Source: Eledone cirrhosa (Eukaryota). Taken from it: DNA of 64,000 nt. Position numbers and translations under genes: made by a program. Numbering within the stretch: position 1 is the stretch's first letter; every line of letters starts with the position of its first letter. The stretch is taken from the NCBI GenBank assembly GCA_964016885.1, contig OZ024747.1, positions 84,320,001-84,384,000 of the forward strand, given 5' to 3'. The notes below the pieces were generated by a model, which made no database searches, was not told the DNA's origin, and saw nothing but the letters and a program-made list of their open reading frames with translations. Positions 1 to 13,594 of the stretch are shown here, piece by piece.

Positions 1-519
1 TGATATGACTGACTAAATCAAGGTGGTGCTTCAGCATGGCCAGACTAATCACTGAAACTAGTAAAAAAAAATAAGAATAATGTAAAATATATATATATAT
101 TACTGATGAGGTTAACAGGCTGGAAATATTTCTTTATTTATCAATAGAAAAGCTCATAAAACTTGTTCACACAAGTGAAAACGACAATTATATGTATATT
201 TTATGAATTCTGGGAAAAATATTTAATGCATGGCTTTATTATTGATGGGGAGTGTCAAACAAAATGTAAAGTAACATAATGGAACTTAAAGTGAGAGAGG
301 AGAGAGAGAAACAAGGAGAAACAGAGAGAGGAGATGAAAAGAGAAACAGACAGACATCCATGAACTGAAGATTAAGAGTATGAAACCAACTTTTTATCAG
401 GATAATTAATTAAAACAAGGAGGATGTAATTCACTAAATAAGGTATTTAATTATCATCTTCATGGACTGAGCTTTCTCTAATTACATTACACTCACATAC
501 ACACACACAGATATATATA

Positions 520-2190
520 TATGAAAAGATTCAGCAGAAACAGTAAAGTTAAGACATGTGAGGACTTTGGAGTTAAGCTGGAATCTGACTTCAGATCAGC
601 AAATAGTGTTTTGGCAGACCATCTGCCGAATTCGTAATAAGAAGTCCTCTTCCACACCTGCTATCAAGGATGTGCCTGGGGCTCTCCTCTCTTCCGAGAG
701 GTGCATCCTCACAAGGTGGAGAGAATACTTTGCTGATCTCCTAAACCCGATCACAACAGTATCTTCTGATGTATACGAGGTGCATCTGGGAGTGGTAACT
801 AATCTCTGAGGCTGAGGTCACAAGAGCAGTTAAAGAATTCAAATGTGGTAAGGCTGCTGGTTAAGATGAAATCCGACCAGAGATGTTAAAAGCCTTAAAT
901 AGAGAAGGTATTCTCTGTCTGACTTGTGTGTACCAGGTGACCTGGATCTCTGGAAAGGCACTTAAACAATCGGGTGTAATAATCCCAATTTTCAAAAAAG
1001 GAGACAAGAGATTGCTCCAATTACAGAAGGATTTCCTTGTTAAGCCTCCCTAGTAAAGTCTATGCTAAATATCTGGCAAAGTGATGTAGGGAGATTGTAG
1101 AGTCCATGATAGTTGATGAACAGTGTGGTTTTCGCCCTAGATGCAACACAATGAACCAAATATTCACACTGCGGCAGGTCTTTGAGAAATCGTGGGAGTA
1201 CTTCCAAGAGGTGTATTCTTGCTTTGTAGACCTTGAAAAGGCTTATGACTGCGTTCCTAGGACCTGCTGCAAAAGGTTCTGCAGGAGTATGGGATTGATG
1301 GTCAGCTTCTTGTTGCCCTGATGCCTCTATATGAAAGCCCAACTATTTGTTTTCGGATAAATGATGCTAAATCAAAACAATTCAATGAATAGGATTGGTA
1401 TGTGCAGCCAGGTTGGAAGTGATATCACGATTGACAGATGCAAAATCAGTCAACTGGAATTTACAGACGACATAGTGTTACTTAACTTGACAGATGATCT
1501 TCGACTTACATTTGATAGGTGTGATGCCGAGTGCTGCATGGCTGAAATGAAAATTAGTGCTATAAAAGCTGACTCATCTGTCCTCTCAAGGAAGCCTGCG
1601 CAGTGCACTCTACATGTGAATGAAGTTCAAGTATCTCTGCCATGTTCATGAGTGATGGATTAAGTGCAAGAATTGTAGGAGCTGGTGCAGTAATGTTCCA
1701 GATTCAGCATTCAGTAATCAGAAGGAGGGAGGTGTAAAAGCCAAACTGGCTATCTTCAATTCATACCAATACTTCCTTACCTATGGTCGTGAATGTTGGG
1801 TAATGAGAGAAAGAATATGATTGCAAATACAAGCAGTCGAAATGAGGTTCCTCTGAAGGGTCTTTGGAGTAACATTGCTTGATAGAGGGCGTAGCATGGA
1901 GATCAGAGTCACTCCAGGTAGAGCCGCTAATTCTTCAAATTGAGAGATAATAGCTCCGATACTATGGGAATGTGGTTAGAATGTCTCAGGAAAGAATCGT
2001 TGAACAGATTTTATGGGTAAAAACAACCTGAGCAAGATGGTTGGATAACATCCATGAGTTTGGTTGGTCCCGCTTGCGGATCAAGCCAGATCAGTTGGAG
2101 ACGGTTGCTTCTGACAGGACCCGCTGGACGGAATGAGTACTCTGCTCCCACGTCGATCTCAGGAATAAGTGGGAGGAGGAGAAGGAGAAG
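520..2190 (+). mobile_element. Degraded 5'-truncated RTE-clade LINE (family A)
   Basis: RT motifs EQCGFRP...FVDLEKAYD and FTDDIVL broken by stops and frameshifts; GA-rich tail. Confidence 0.85.
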
Positions 2191-2789
2191 ATATATATAT
2201 AAAAACCATGGTCAACCTCTCAACCCTTTGATTGGCATGGTTCCTACAGCTAAAAGCTCTTCCTAACACCAACCACTTTGAGTGTACTAAGTGTGTTATA
2301 TCTTAGTATATTTATTTGCTTGTTTACTTGATTGATATTTTGGACTATATAGGTGACCTCAGTCAATTAAACTGTTTACATAGCATATGATTGACAGGAC
2401 TGACAAGAGACTAAACACACACACACACACACACACACCTATTAAACATCCTAAATACCAAAGATCATAATTAAGTAAAGTTTGATTTGTCTTCCTCATA
2501 CTGATCACTATACTTAAATAAGGAATAAAACTTCCTGCTTTAAATGTTTTTCTAACTAAATCATGTTTTTTTTTCTTTTTTTTATGGATTATACAATATA
2601 CACTTTTTATTAAGAAATATTTAAAATAAAAAACAAACATATTCAATATAAAAAATCTCAAAATGACATGAAAAACCATTGACATTATATAAGAATAATT
2701 GAGCTGTTTCAAAATAAAAACAAAACATTATTAAAGGGAGCAACAAAGAAAGAAAAAAAGGAAATTAAAAGAGGAAGTTGAAGGAGAGT

Positions 2790-3035
2790 CAGACACTGCA
2801 TCCCAGTCAGAGCAGTGCCTCAGCTGCACCCCGCAGTCAAATGGCAAAGGCCTCGGAGAATGGCCAGAGACACCCGCTGAAACAGCCACCCCACCTCAAG
2901 GGGCTCTCTTCTTAAGCGGGTTACTGTCTTTCTGACTTTACAGAAGAAATCAGCAGTGTGAGGACCAAGGACGCCAGAGGTTTCAACAGAGACCAGTGCA
3001 AAGGGGAAACAGTTGGTCAGGACCTGGTATTTGAC
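2790..3035 (-). mobile_element. Fragment of a CRE-like non-LTR retrotransposon (restriction-like endonuclease C-terminus)
   Basis: VETSGVLGP...F...RE...LFQRVSLAILRG resembles the C-terminal motif of CRE-clade ORFs (recalled, not searched). Confidence 0.6.
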
Positions 3036-3269
3036 TAACATTTTCATTACCATATTTCTAATGATTTTTCAAATCTTTTGAAAGTAATCAAGAATTTGGA
3101 GGGATTTTGTAATATAATTAACTTATTAAGGTGGTGTTTGTAACAAAGATTCTGACATGAAATTATGATGGGAGATTTTTTGATAAATATAAAGACTTTA
3201 AAACAAACATTTTTTTTTTAAATCGTAGAATGAGGAACAGTTTTAGGTCTAAAGTCTACCTCAAACCCA

Positions 3270-3530
3270 AGGCCTCATTAGGCTGGTACTTAACCTGATT
3301 TTATTGGCATTAAGCAACTAAGAGTACAAGACTCCCCTCTGGACAAGTCTTCAGTCCATCATAAGATTAAAACCCCAGCTATTGCTAGTACTCATTTTCA
3401 ACTGAATGAACTGGAGCAATGTGAAATGAAGTGTTTTGTTCAAGAACAAAACACACCACATGGTCCAGGAACCAAACATGACATTACGATCATAAGTCCA
3501 ATACCTTAACCACTAGGCTACACTCCTTCA
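3270..3530 (-). mobile_element. tRNA-derived CORE-type SINE
   Basis: Reverse complement of the SINE head and central block seen at 21968 (ctggagcaatgtgaaatgaagtg...caagaaca). Confidence 0.7.
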
Positions 3531-3572
3531 GGTAGTTTGTTATTAAAAGGGTTAATCCTAACACATGCATTC

Positions 3573-4332
3573 ATCATCATCATCATCTTCGTTTAACGTC
3601 CATTTTCCACGCTAGCATGGGTTAGACGGGAGTTGTCCCACTTGAGGCACGGTTGGTCGGGTGACCGTGTCTCGCTCATATAGGACTATCTGGCAGGTTT
3701 TCTACGGCTGGATGCCCTTCCTAACACCAACCACATTTACAGTGTGGAACTGGGAACTTTTTACCGTGTTACCTACATGGCCACATTACAGCGTGGACTG
3801 TGTTTTTTCTCGTGACACCCACACAATCTCATTTATTTGGACTGGATGTTGTGGTACCAACTTTATAGAGAGAGGGTGGTGGGAGTGGGAGGCTAGGGTA
3901 GGGGTAGTGGATTGGGGTGTATATTTGGTTAAGAGGTGCCTACTGACTGTAGGTTTCGCTTTGTACATAGGCAAGGCGGGTCTTCTGTATTACTGTGTAG
4001 CGCCAAAGATCTCGGTCCAGTGACATTGTCTTAGAGAGGTGCAAGTGTGTAAGGTCGGAATTTATCAGATCGTCCCAGGTTTTTCTGGGTCTACCTACTC
4101 CGTAACTACCTTCAATTTTGATCGCCCTGCATTTTTTTATACAGCTGTCGTCTTTCATGCGCATCACATGGCCATACCAACGTAGTCTTCTCTCAAGTAA
4201 ACAGCTCTGATCCCTCTTATTCCTAATTTCTCACTTAGTTCATTTATGCTTTGCCGTTCACGTATATTACTATTACACATCCAACGGAGCATGCATGCTT
4301 CGTTCCTTTCCAGTCTACGCAGGTCCTCTATT
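3573..4332 (-). mobile_element. 3' end of RTE LINE family B2
   Basis: Peptides LERNEACMLRWMC and GRPRKTWDD match the copy at 53480-54270; (ATG)n tail. Confidence 0.9.
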
Positions 4333-4506
4333 GTTTGTGTATATTGACTGTTTTGATTAGAATGCAGGTGACTAACTGTCCAAATCACTCTAATTTTAAA
4401 CCCTTCATTGCCATATTTCTAATGAAAGACACTGCTCATGATACATCAGTTTTGAAAATCTAAAATTTTGAGGGATTTAGTAATATAACTTTCTCATTAT
4501 TACCTC

Positions 4507-4706
4507 TTAGCCTTTTAGCATTTACATTACTCTATATTTACTATTGTATTTTCACGATAAACACTTCATCTATGAGATTTTGATATCATTTATTTTGAAA
4601 ACAATACCTTAACATAAGTATGAACAGCTGGTTATGGCCGGTTTGAAAAGAAAGAGATGAGAGAATTCTGGCCAGATACAGCCAGTTTAAATGCTAAAGG
4701 GTTAAC
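4507..4706. mobile_element. piggyBac-like MITE family 1 (~200 bp); other copies ~13820-14036, ~22715-22909, ~47944-48153
   Basis: Termini TTAA-CCCTTTAGCATTTA ... TAAATGCTAAAGGG-TTAA and a shared interior. Confidence 0.7.
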
Positions 4707-5129
4707 ATCTTGTAACACTTTAGCAGAAAATATTTTAAAAGGGATCTTTTAATTCAAACTATTGTAGAATCTTTAGTAAAGGGCAGATTGTGACAAACAT
4801 TTCAGTATTCAACACTGATGTAGCCATAGTGCTGATTTTGTACTTGCTAATGTGGTACATGATACATATAATGGTATTTAGTCCGAGCTGTCAACAATGT
4901 GAGATACAGATCTACCGGGTTCTCTCATTTATGCATTTTCTAACATCGAAATCAACACTTTTTAACCTTTTTGTTATATTTCTGCTGAAAGATATTACCT
5001 ATGATTTTCAAATAATTAAGAATTTGGAGGTATGTAGTAAAATAACTTTCTAATTATTAAGTTATTGTTTGGAGTAAACTCAAATTAGAGTGGAATGCTT
5101 TTGGATCCATATAAACACTTTAAAATATG

Positions 5130-5324
5130 TCAGCTGAAAAGTTCAAAAGCTGACCAAGATACTCTCAAGGAATGACCAAATGAGGTTTATTTTACAACAT
5201 AGTCCCTGGAAAGAAACAATGTAGTTATTATTAAGAAGAATTGATATCAATGCATGCAAGATTTCACAGCTCTAGCACCACTCCTTCATAAGTCAGCTTA
5301 TGAACTTTTTAGCCCACCCTCGTA
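5130..5324. mobile_element. Tc1/mariner-like MITE remnant
   Basis: Inverted ends AAAAGTTCAAAAGCTGAC / GTCAGCTTATGAACTTTT with right terminus CCCTCGTA; left end eroded. Confidence 0.5.
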
Positions 5325-5674
5325 TCACTGAAACAGAAGAGGTTAAGTGGTTTGATATCAGAAGAGTTAAAAAAAAAGACACTGTCTAGGATTTTCATAT
5401 TATTTTGAAAATAATCAAGAATTTGGAGGCATTTAGTAATATAACTTTCTTATTATCAAGTTGATGTTTGGAGCATAACTTAGCAAAGGTTCTTGGATAA
5501 AACTATTATGATAAGCTTTTATATAAATATAAATTTTGTTTTCTACAACCAGGGCAGTTTCATGTAGTTTGGTATAAAAACGGTTATGTCTGTTTATCGT
5601 ATGTATATCAATTACAATTTGTAGTTGATTTATACATAAGTTTATTTCAATGGGTCTCTTGCCACTAAGTACCC

Positions 5675-5900
5675 CTATGCATCTGCCACATACAAAGTCT
5701 AACTTTTCTGTTAGTCTGCCTATAATCCCACTACCCCTCTTGTATACCCATGTTTTACATTGTGTGCATCGTCTTGAGTTTGTACCTACTTATTTTCTAC
5801 ATATCAAGCATGTCCACTTTTCTGATGGTACCAACGTCCTGTGTTCTTTCCTACTTACTAAAACTTTGGTATATGTTAAATTTACTCTGAGCTCTTGAGT
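5675..5900 (-). mobile_element. Degraded RTE family B fragment (zinc-finger region)
   Basis: Minus strand gives TKVLVSRK...VPSEKWTCLICRK...CTQCKTWVYKRGSG-like sequence. Confidence 0.7.
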
Positions 5901-6282
5901 CTCTGAGTCTGAATTCTGTTGCTTTTCAATCTTTCTGGGGGTCAAAGAAATAGGTATCAGTTAATAAATAAGAAACATTATCCCATTCAACTTTGTGTGT
6001 ATGGGTTGTGGTATCTTTGCTTTAACCCTTTAATTAATCAAGAATTTTGAAGGATTTATTAAAATTATTGTAATGTATTGAACTCATATTGTGTAACTGT
6101 TTAATTATTTAACGACAGCCAATCATATCACAATCAAGTGTGCTCATGGTTTTTGTCTATATGTTACGCTTCAGATAAACAGGGGTACACAATTCTATCC
6201 AACAAGTTCAAAGTACAGTCTAAGGGTTTGACCAGTACATAATTCTATCTGTCACCACAGAATTACATTGTGTTATTATTAA

Positions 6283-6470
6283 GGGCGGTGGATTGGCAGT
6301 ATCGGTAGAGGGTTGGACGCCATGCTTTGACACAGAGTTACAGTCCTTGCCATTCTGAGTTCAAATCCCACCGAGGTTAACTTTGCCTTTCATCCTTATG
6401 GGGTCGATAAAATAAAGTACCAGTAATACACTGGATAATTGCTGGCCTTGTGCCAAAAGTAGAAACAATT
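6283..6470 (+). mobile_element. tRNA-derived SINE, Meta-domain-like (~190 bp). About 20 copies, e.g. 8195-8400(-), 12440-12880(-, two), 27833-28020(-), 30187-30575(+, two), 34000-34130(-), 35000-35140(-), 54852-55195(-, two), 56389-56800(+, two)
   Basis: A box TGGCAGTATCGG, B box GAGTTCAAATCC, central CTTTGCCTTTCATCC...GGTCGATAAAATAAAGTACCAG, tail AGAAACAATT. The Meta assignment is from memory. Confidence 0.85.
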
Positions 6471-6764
6471 ATTATATGATCACTTCATTTCAACAGTTTG
6501 TGCTTCATCATGTCGAAATAGAAATTTGAAAAATGACTGTTCCTTGTTCAATTAGCAACACACATTAGGAAATAAATAAGACACAACAATTATCAATTAT
6601 TTTACTAAGACAGTAACTTAACATATGGCAGTTCTTATATAAAATTACATTGTCAGATTTTAATTTAAATAGAAAACCTTTAAAAAAAGATGGTATAAAC
6701 AGGGTTACTCCATATGAAATTCACGCATGTATCAGCAATGTGGATGTGAAGCAGAGTTTATATG

Positions 6765-7292
6765 TACATGGTCACGTGATGCGCATGAAAGACGACAGCT
6801 GTATAAAAAAGTGCAGGGCAATCAAAATTGATGGAAGTTACGGAGTAGGTAGACCCAGAAAAACCTGGGATGATTTGATAAATTTCGACCTTACACACTT
6901 ACACCTCTCTAAGACAATGTCACTGGACCGAGATCTTTGGCGCCATGCAGTAATACAGAAGACCCGCCTTGCCTATATACAAAGCGAAACCTACAGTCAG
7001 TAGGCACCTCTTTACCAAATATATACCCCATCCCACTACTCCACCAACACCACCCTTTCTCTGTAAAGTTATGTTGGTACATCAACATCCAGACCAAAAT
7101 AAATGAGGTCGTGTAGGTGTCACAACAACAAAAAAAAAACACAGTCCACATAATGTGGCCGTGTAGGTAACAAGGTAAAAACCTCCCAGTCCACACCGTA
7201 AATGTGGTTGATGTTAGAAAGGGCATCCAGACAGTCCTATACGGGTGAGACACGGTCACCCGACCAATCTTGCCTCATCATGCTAGTGTGGA
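6765..7292 (+). mobile_element. 3' end of RTE LINE family B2
   Basis: GHVMRMKDDSCIKKCRAIKIDGSYGVGRPRKTWDD plus the family 3' UTR. Confidence 0.9.
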
Positions 7293-7329
7293 AGATATAT
7301 GTTTCATCATCATCGTTTAATGTCTATGT

Positions 7330-10116
7330 AGAGGAAAAAAATAAAAACAAACAACATTGTTCCTATAAATTTGACAGAGGTCTATATATTTTCAAATTCA
7401 AAATTAAATCCATTGGAAAAACTTCAAAGAAAAAAAAAAAACCATCACCAATGTTTCAAAAAAAAAAAAAAAAAGAATTACATTCAATGAGGTAATCTGG
7501 TAAGAAAAATTAAAAAAGAAAAAGAAAATTTTGATTATATAAAGCTCCAAGTCAATATTAGGTAAAGTTTCTAAGAAGCATGCAATAAATGAATATGGAC
7601 AGAAAAAAAAAATCAACAACAAAAAATATATGGCATGCAAAGAGTGAAAGAGAAATGTTTCTTTCTTTTACAAGTTATGAAAATAATATAGGTGTAAATG
7701 TCACCAAAATTGGAGAGTTATGAGTCAACAGTAAATAGTAGGTCAAAGAAATTTGCTTTCTTAACACAAATCTCAACATTTATTTATATAATATATATGT
7801 ATATAAATTTATTGATTAAAGACTTCTCTAAAAATACAGTATTTTTTATCAAGTTTTGTTTTTCTTCTTTTAATATAAAATGGAACAATAAAAAAAAAAT
7901 GATATATAAAGAGAGAGAGAATTCTAAATGCTAAGCAATCTTTGAATTAGAAAGTTCAAAAGTTTGGCAATAAAGTTGGAAGACATGCCTTCAGATGATG
8001 TTGGCCCCAATATAAAATAAAAGCAGAAATCCCACATATTTACTCTTCTCAATATATATTATATATACATTTTTTTGTGGGGAAAAAAGGAAGAAAAGGT
8101 TTAAGAAAGCCGGGTGCTATGTATTACTAGTCAACTGACTGCATATATTTTCAAAATCACCCAAAGCTATGAAAAGGAGAAATGATAATAATAATTGTTT
8201 CTACTTTAGGGCACAAGGCCAGCAATTTGAAGGGAAGAAGAAAGTCAATTAAATCGACCCCAGTGCATTACTGGTACTTTATTTCATCGACCTCGAAAGA
8301 ATAAAAGTCAAAGTTGACCTCAGTAGAATTTGAGCTCAGAATAAAAAGAGCTGGAAGAAATATTACAAAGCATTTGTCCAGTGCTCTAATGTTTCTGCCA
8401 ATAACAGTGTTAGTAATACTCCTACTAATAATCATAATAACAAAACAGAATTACATAGCAGATCAATAACCCTTAAAAAGAGTCACCAAATCTGTAGATA
8501 TCCAGTTAAATATTTAAACTCAAATAAAAATATAACTAGCAGAATACAAAAAAAAATTGGGCTATTATAAGAAATAGTTTGTAAGTTTTTTTTTCCCTTT
8601 TTTTCCTCCTTTTATTGAATATCTGGGTAAAATATTATGATTCTTAAAGTTTACAACTAAACACAAAATAGTTATTCCCCAACAGGGGAAAATAACGGCA
8701 TGTTGCAGTATCTTTGATTAACAGGGTTTGTATAGTAATGCAAATCTGTCACCATGAAGCAAGGCTACACAATGTCCCAGTGGTAGCTATGCCAACAAAA
8801 TATAAAAGTGTAATTTATTGATGATCACATTAATCACAGCCAACTTCTCTGCATAATATCTGAAGCCCAAAAGGACTAAAAGAAACTCTCGTCTTTGATA
8901 AAACTTATGTAGTGTTTACCATTAACATCATTTTCTCACTCTTCTTCAAATATAATAATTTTTGCAAAAATTGTAAGAATTACTGAAACCTGTGTATATC
9001 CAGTTTAGAAATAAGCACACTGCATTCCTGCATCTCGTAAGAGGCATGCACAAGGGTTGGTGCCAGGAAAGTCTTTAGGCAGTAAAACATTGTCTCAAAA
9101 AAGACCACGTAATGAGTATAAATCTATCATGGGGGCTGTATAGTTAAGCCCCTGATATAGCAAAGAAAATGGCCATAAAATATTTGTTGCTGTTGTGTGT
9201 TGTATTTAACCTCAGGTTAACAATAGTACATATGTATGGAAGGAGTATAAGATTAATGTGTTTTTACTGGGGATTATATATCTTTATGGGTCTGCAAGAA
9301 TAGGCAAAAGGAGTGAAAAAATAAATTGCTAGCAAATGATTTGCTTCAGCATTAAACAATTTCATGGTACAATATGAAAATAACTCTTTACTCAAGAATA
9401 TAATGTAATTCTTTTGGCAAATGTGAGCTAGTAATTTGCCACTAACTTACAAAATATCTCTCAAATTCAAAATTATAGAACATACTATACAACAATATGC
9501 TATGATTTTGCCACTACAAAAATATGTTGAAATATTGTTCAATTGAAGTATATTCTTTATTGTGTGTGTGTGTGTGCATTTTTTTCTTTGTGTCTGTTAT
9601 TGTTTAGCAGAAAAAGAAAAAAAAATGTAAAAAAAAAATTCAAACATACACATAAACACAGACACACACCAGATAACTCTTTTAGTAGATTTAAAACAGT
9701 CTCAGAGTTGGTTTCCTCGGCTAGTAGAATATATTTTATATCAACATTATTATTGAACTTTGAAGGCACTTTCACAAATTATGTTTACTAAATCAAATAT
9801 TAAACGAAAAATGTTCAAAATTTTTTTTTAATTCTTTGAATCATTTTACTTTTATTAAAAAACATAAGACATTTATTTGGCGTTAGTAACAATTTAGGGA
9901 AGAAAATAAAGAAATTCTACAGAGATGATACCCCTTTAGATAAATTAAACCCAAGAACTACAACAAATATAAATGCCGTAAAGAAATAAAGTTATGACTT
10001 CATTTTAAAAAAGAAAAAAAATTAATTTTACAACTAAATGCTTCTGAACATTATCCCAATATACCACATCTCACAACTAATATTTGAACTATGGAAAAAG
10101 TCATAAAAATATAATT
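7330..10116 (-). other. Probable 3' UTR of the IRF gene (end not defined)
   Basis: Largely unique sequence, U-rich on the minus strand, with several AATAAA signals (plus-strand TTTATT, e.g. ~9851, ~9556, ~8611, ~7807). Confidence 0.4.
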
Positions 10117-10469
10117 TTAACATGAAATAGCTCTTTCCTTTTTAAGAGGAAACTTTGCAGCATGATGAGAAGAATTTTCAATTTTCTGAGGAGCAGTGTT
10201 TACAGCAGTGAGAACTTGTAGGTTTCTGAATGAAGGAGTGGAATTGGATAAATTGGAAGTGGGCTGATAACATTTCCAGTTGGATTGGAAGTGATTTTCT
10301 GATATACTTCGAACTCCCTCTTGGTTATTTTCTTCGTTGTTTTTCCAACAGGTGGCAGGAATTACATGACCAGTTTCTACATTCTCCAGTTTGACCTTCA
10401 CCAAGGGCATCATAGTCTTTTGTTCAGCCTGACAATAGCTAGGATCACTGAATTCTTCTTTGACTTTCA
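10117..10469 (-). CDS. IRF1/2: IRF1/2-like terminal coding exon 5
   Basis: Acceptor tttgcttgattttag; G+TG = Val continues the frame VKVKEEFSDP...KERAISC to TAA. Followed by long, mostly non-repetitive AT-rich UTR-like sequence. Confidence 0.8.
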
Positions 10470-11766
10470 CTAAAATCAAGCAAATAAATAAATTTAAGTT
10501 ACTTAGTTAAAGACATGTTAGCTGCCCAGTACATGTGCAGTTAACATGTTGGTTTACTAATAATTTGGTACATTCTACTATATGCATGGCAAATTTGTAC
10601 AGCTGGAGCCCTTCCTGTTCCCAACCCATACTAAAATAATTCACCAACTTAATTGGTGATGGCAGTGGCGGTGTTGATGCACTAACAGTATGGGTGTTCA
10701 CTAGGAAATTGGCTCACAATCATAAGGTTGACTCCTGGCAGTGTGTTGTGCCCTTTATTATGCTGAGTTACCCTGACAATTACATTAAGGATACATGTGT
10801 CTGTAGTATGCAAAGGCCCCAGCACATTAATTTCAAAGCAGGTTGTTCCTCTGTTTGATCAACTGCAGTAGTCACCACTGGATGTCACAGAGATCTAACA
10901 ACTCACTGTATTCCAAAAAGACATTTGAACCACTGGCTCAATATAAAGCTGTCTTTAGAACCTCTAAACTTGATAACCCTATGCCACTGTGTCCTCAACT
11001 CTGTAACATCCTCTAATGAAATTAGCAGAAAATATCTAAAAATGGACTTGTTAATTCAAATGTTTATAGTATCATTACTAGTTGTTAACAGATTATTGTG
11101 AAGAAACTAAACTGAAGACTATCTTTTAATGTGATGCAGTTATAATGCTGTTTTGGACTTTTCAAGAATGTCTTGCTAATGAAGAACATAATATTAAGAG
11201 TTTAATTCAATTGACATAATATAATAAAGGAATGGTATTTATAGTGTTATGAGTAGAAGACTGATTACATAGTGTAGATATCAGTCATTTGAAGGGATTT
11301 CTATCTTGGTACTCTAAATCAAAACATTAAAAAATTACCAGTAAGTTAACCCTTTTGATATGAAACTGCCCTGGATTTATGATACAAAACCTGCTCATTT
11401 TTAAATGTTTATTTTAGAAATTCTTATTAAGTAATTTTCTAAATATCACTTTATGAATGAAAAATTAAACCCCTCAAAATTTTTGGTTATTTTCAAAATG
11501 AATTGAAACACATAGTTAGTACATTTCATTAGAAATAATGAAAGGATTAAACAAACTATGAAGTCATCCTTCTACATGCTATCTTTTCAATATATTGCCA
11601 ATAATTATTCTATCAATCTTGGAGAAATAAAAAACAGTCTATTCCAGCATAATTTAACAATAGACTAATGAGGCATTGAGTTGGATCCTAAAGACATACA
11701 TTTGACTGAGAGGCTTTCACTTACCAACACTCTACAATCAATGGCCCAAATTGGTCTACCATTACT

Positions 11767-11976
11767 TTAACCCTTTTGATACCAACTGCCAAACACTGCA
11801 CCCTGGTTCTACAATACAAAACTACTTTGTTTTATAGTGTTTATATTTATCTAAAAACTTTCTATCATAATCTTATACAATGAAAAAGTTATTTTATTAA
11901 ATTCCTTCAAATTTTCAAAGATAATTGATACACATGGGCAGTGTATTTCATTAGAAATATGGTGACAAAAGGGTTA
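11767..11976. mobile_element. piggyBac-like MITE family 2; other copies ~11347-11550, ~17097-17293, ~49793-50023, ~61150-61377
   Basis: TTAA-CCCTTTTG ... CAAAAGGG-TTAA termini and a shared interior. Confidence 0.65.
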
Positions 11977-12928
11977 ATGTAATTCCAATATTACATTATT
12001 TTATTGAACCTGGAACATGGAAGACAAAGTTGACTTCAGCAGGATTTAAACTCGGAACATAAAATGTAACTAAATATGTATATTCTGTAATAATAGCATT
12101 GGAAAAAAAATAAATTTACAACTCATACTTATGCAGTTTTTTAGCTGGCCTCCTAGGTTGTTCCTCATAAAAAGCAATGTGAAATGAAGTGTCTTGCTCA
12201 AGAAAACATACCACCTAATCCAGGGATTGAATTCATGACATATGATCATGAATTTAACATTCTAACTACAAGGTTGCCTCTCACAGGTTTCACAGCTGTC
12301 TTAATGATAGGGGACCCTGCCCTTTCACAAAAAGTAATAAAATGTCTTGTTCAAAAACATAACACGCCACCTGATCTAGGAATTGAATTCACAATCATAA
12401 GTCCAACATTCTAACCACTAGGTCACACACCTTCATAATAATTGTTTCTAACATGAACACAAGGCCAGAAATTTGGAGGTGGGGAAAGTTAGTTATATAG
12501 ACCCCCATTATTGAACTGGTGCATTATCTTATTGACACTGGAAGGATGAAAGGTAAAGTTGATCTTGGTGGGATTTGAACTCTGAATGTAAAGAGCCAAA
12601 CACTGCTAAACATTTGTCAGATACCCTAATGACTCAGCCAATCCACCACCATCACTTCTTAATAATTATTTCTAACAGTGGCACACAGCCAGCAATTTGG
12701 GGGAAGGATAAAGTCGATTATATTAATCTCAGCACTTAACTGGTACTTTATTGTATTAGTCACAGAACAATGAAAAGCAAAGCTGACCTCAGCAGGATTT
12801 GAGCTCAAAACGTAGAAAGTCGTAACTAAATACTGCAAAGCATTTTGTCCGCTGCTCTATTGACTGCTAATCCATCGCTCCCACACAACTTCATAATAGC
12901 ATCACAAAACAAATAAAACAAAGCTTAC

Positions 12929-13594
12929 CTTGTGGCTTTAATGGTGGTTCATCTATATAACAGTGATCTGAAAGAAGTTTGTGTTTTGGACATGATGGTG
13001 TATCTGGTAGTGATTGAGTTGACTCTGTGGTTTGGGTGAAAAAAGGATTCTGCAGTGTCAAATGATGACTGGGAATTAGAAGAGGAACTTCAGCTGGTGG
13101 TGTAAGAGGTACTACAGTGGGTGTAGCACACTGTAGTACACTGATTGGGGATTGAGTGGTGGCAACAGCAATGGGTGCAGTGAGTGGAAGAAGGTTTGTG
13201 TTAGTCTGAGAAGGTGGAGGTTCAGCAGATGGTGATGGTGAGCTAACTGATACAACAGGAAGCGGTAGAGGACAGGAACATCTGTCAGAGAAAATCAATT
13301 GTGTGAGGGCATCAGCAGCATCGACTGTAGGGTTAGAATATGTAGTGTTGTTCCAAGGAACAGGATTTTGTGATGGTACGGTTGGTGCATTATGAATTGT
13401 TCCACGATGGAGCTGCAGTAATGTATTAGCCACCTCACTGTCACTAATCAAAGTCTCTGAACCATCAGATTCAGATAAGCTATTACAGGACATGGAAGAA
13501 TCAACTGAATGGTTTCTCTCTGGAGGACTTTTTTCCCTATAAACGCAACTTTGGTCGTCTTCCCCTTTAACATCATTAAATGGACAATTTTTCT
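12929..13594 (-). CDS. IRF1/2: IRF1/2-like exon 4: Ser/Pro/Thr-rich regulatory region
   Basis: Acceptor cctttatttacag, donor CAA G|gtaagc. 666 nt open and in frame with exon 3; includes most of ORF 12891..13493. Confidence 0.88.

Noticed and set aside
103-130. Hammerhead ribozyme (CTGATGA...GAAA)
   Set aside because: No pairing stem II or flanking stems could be formed.
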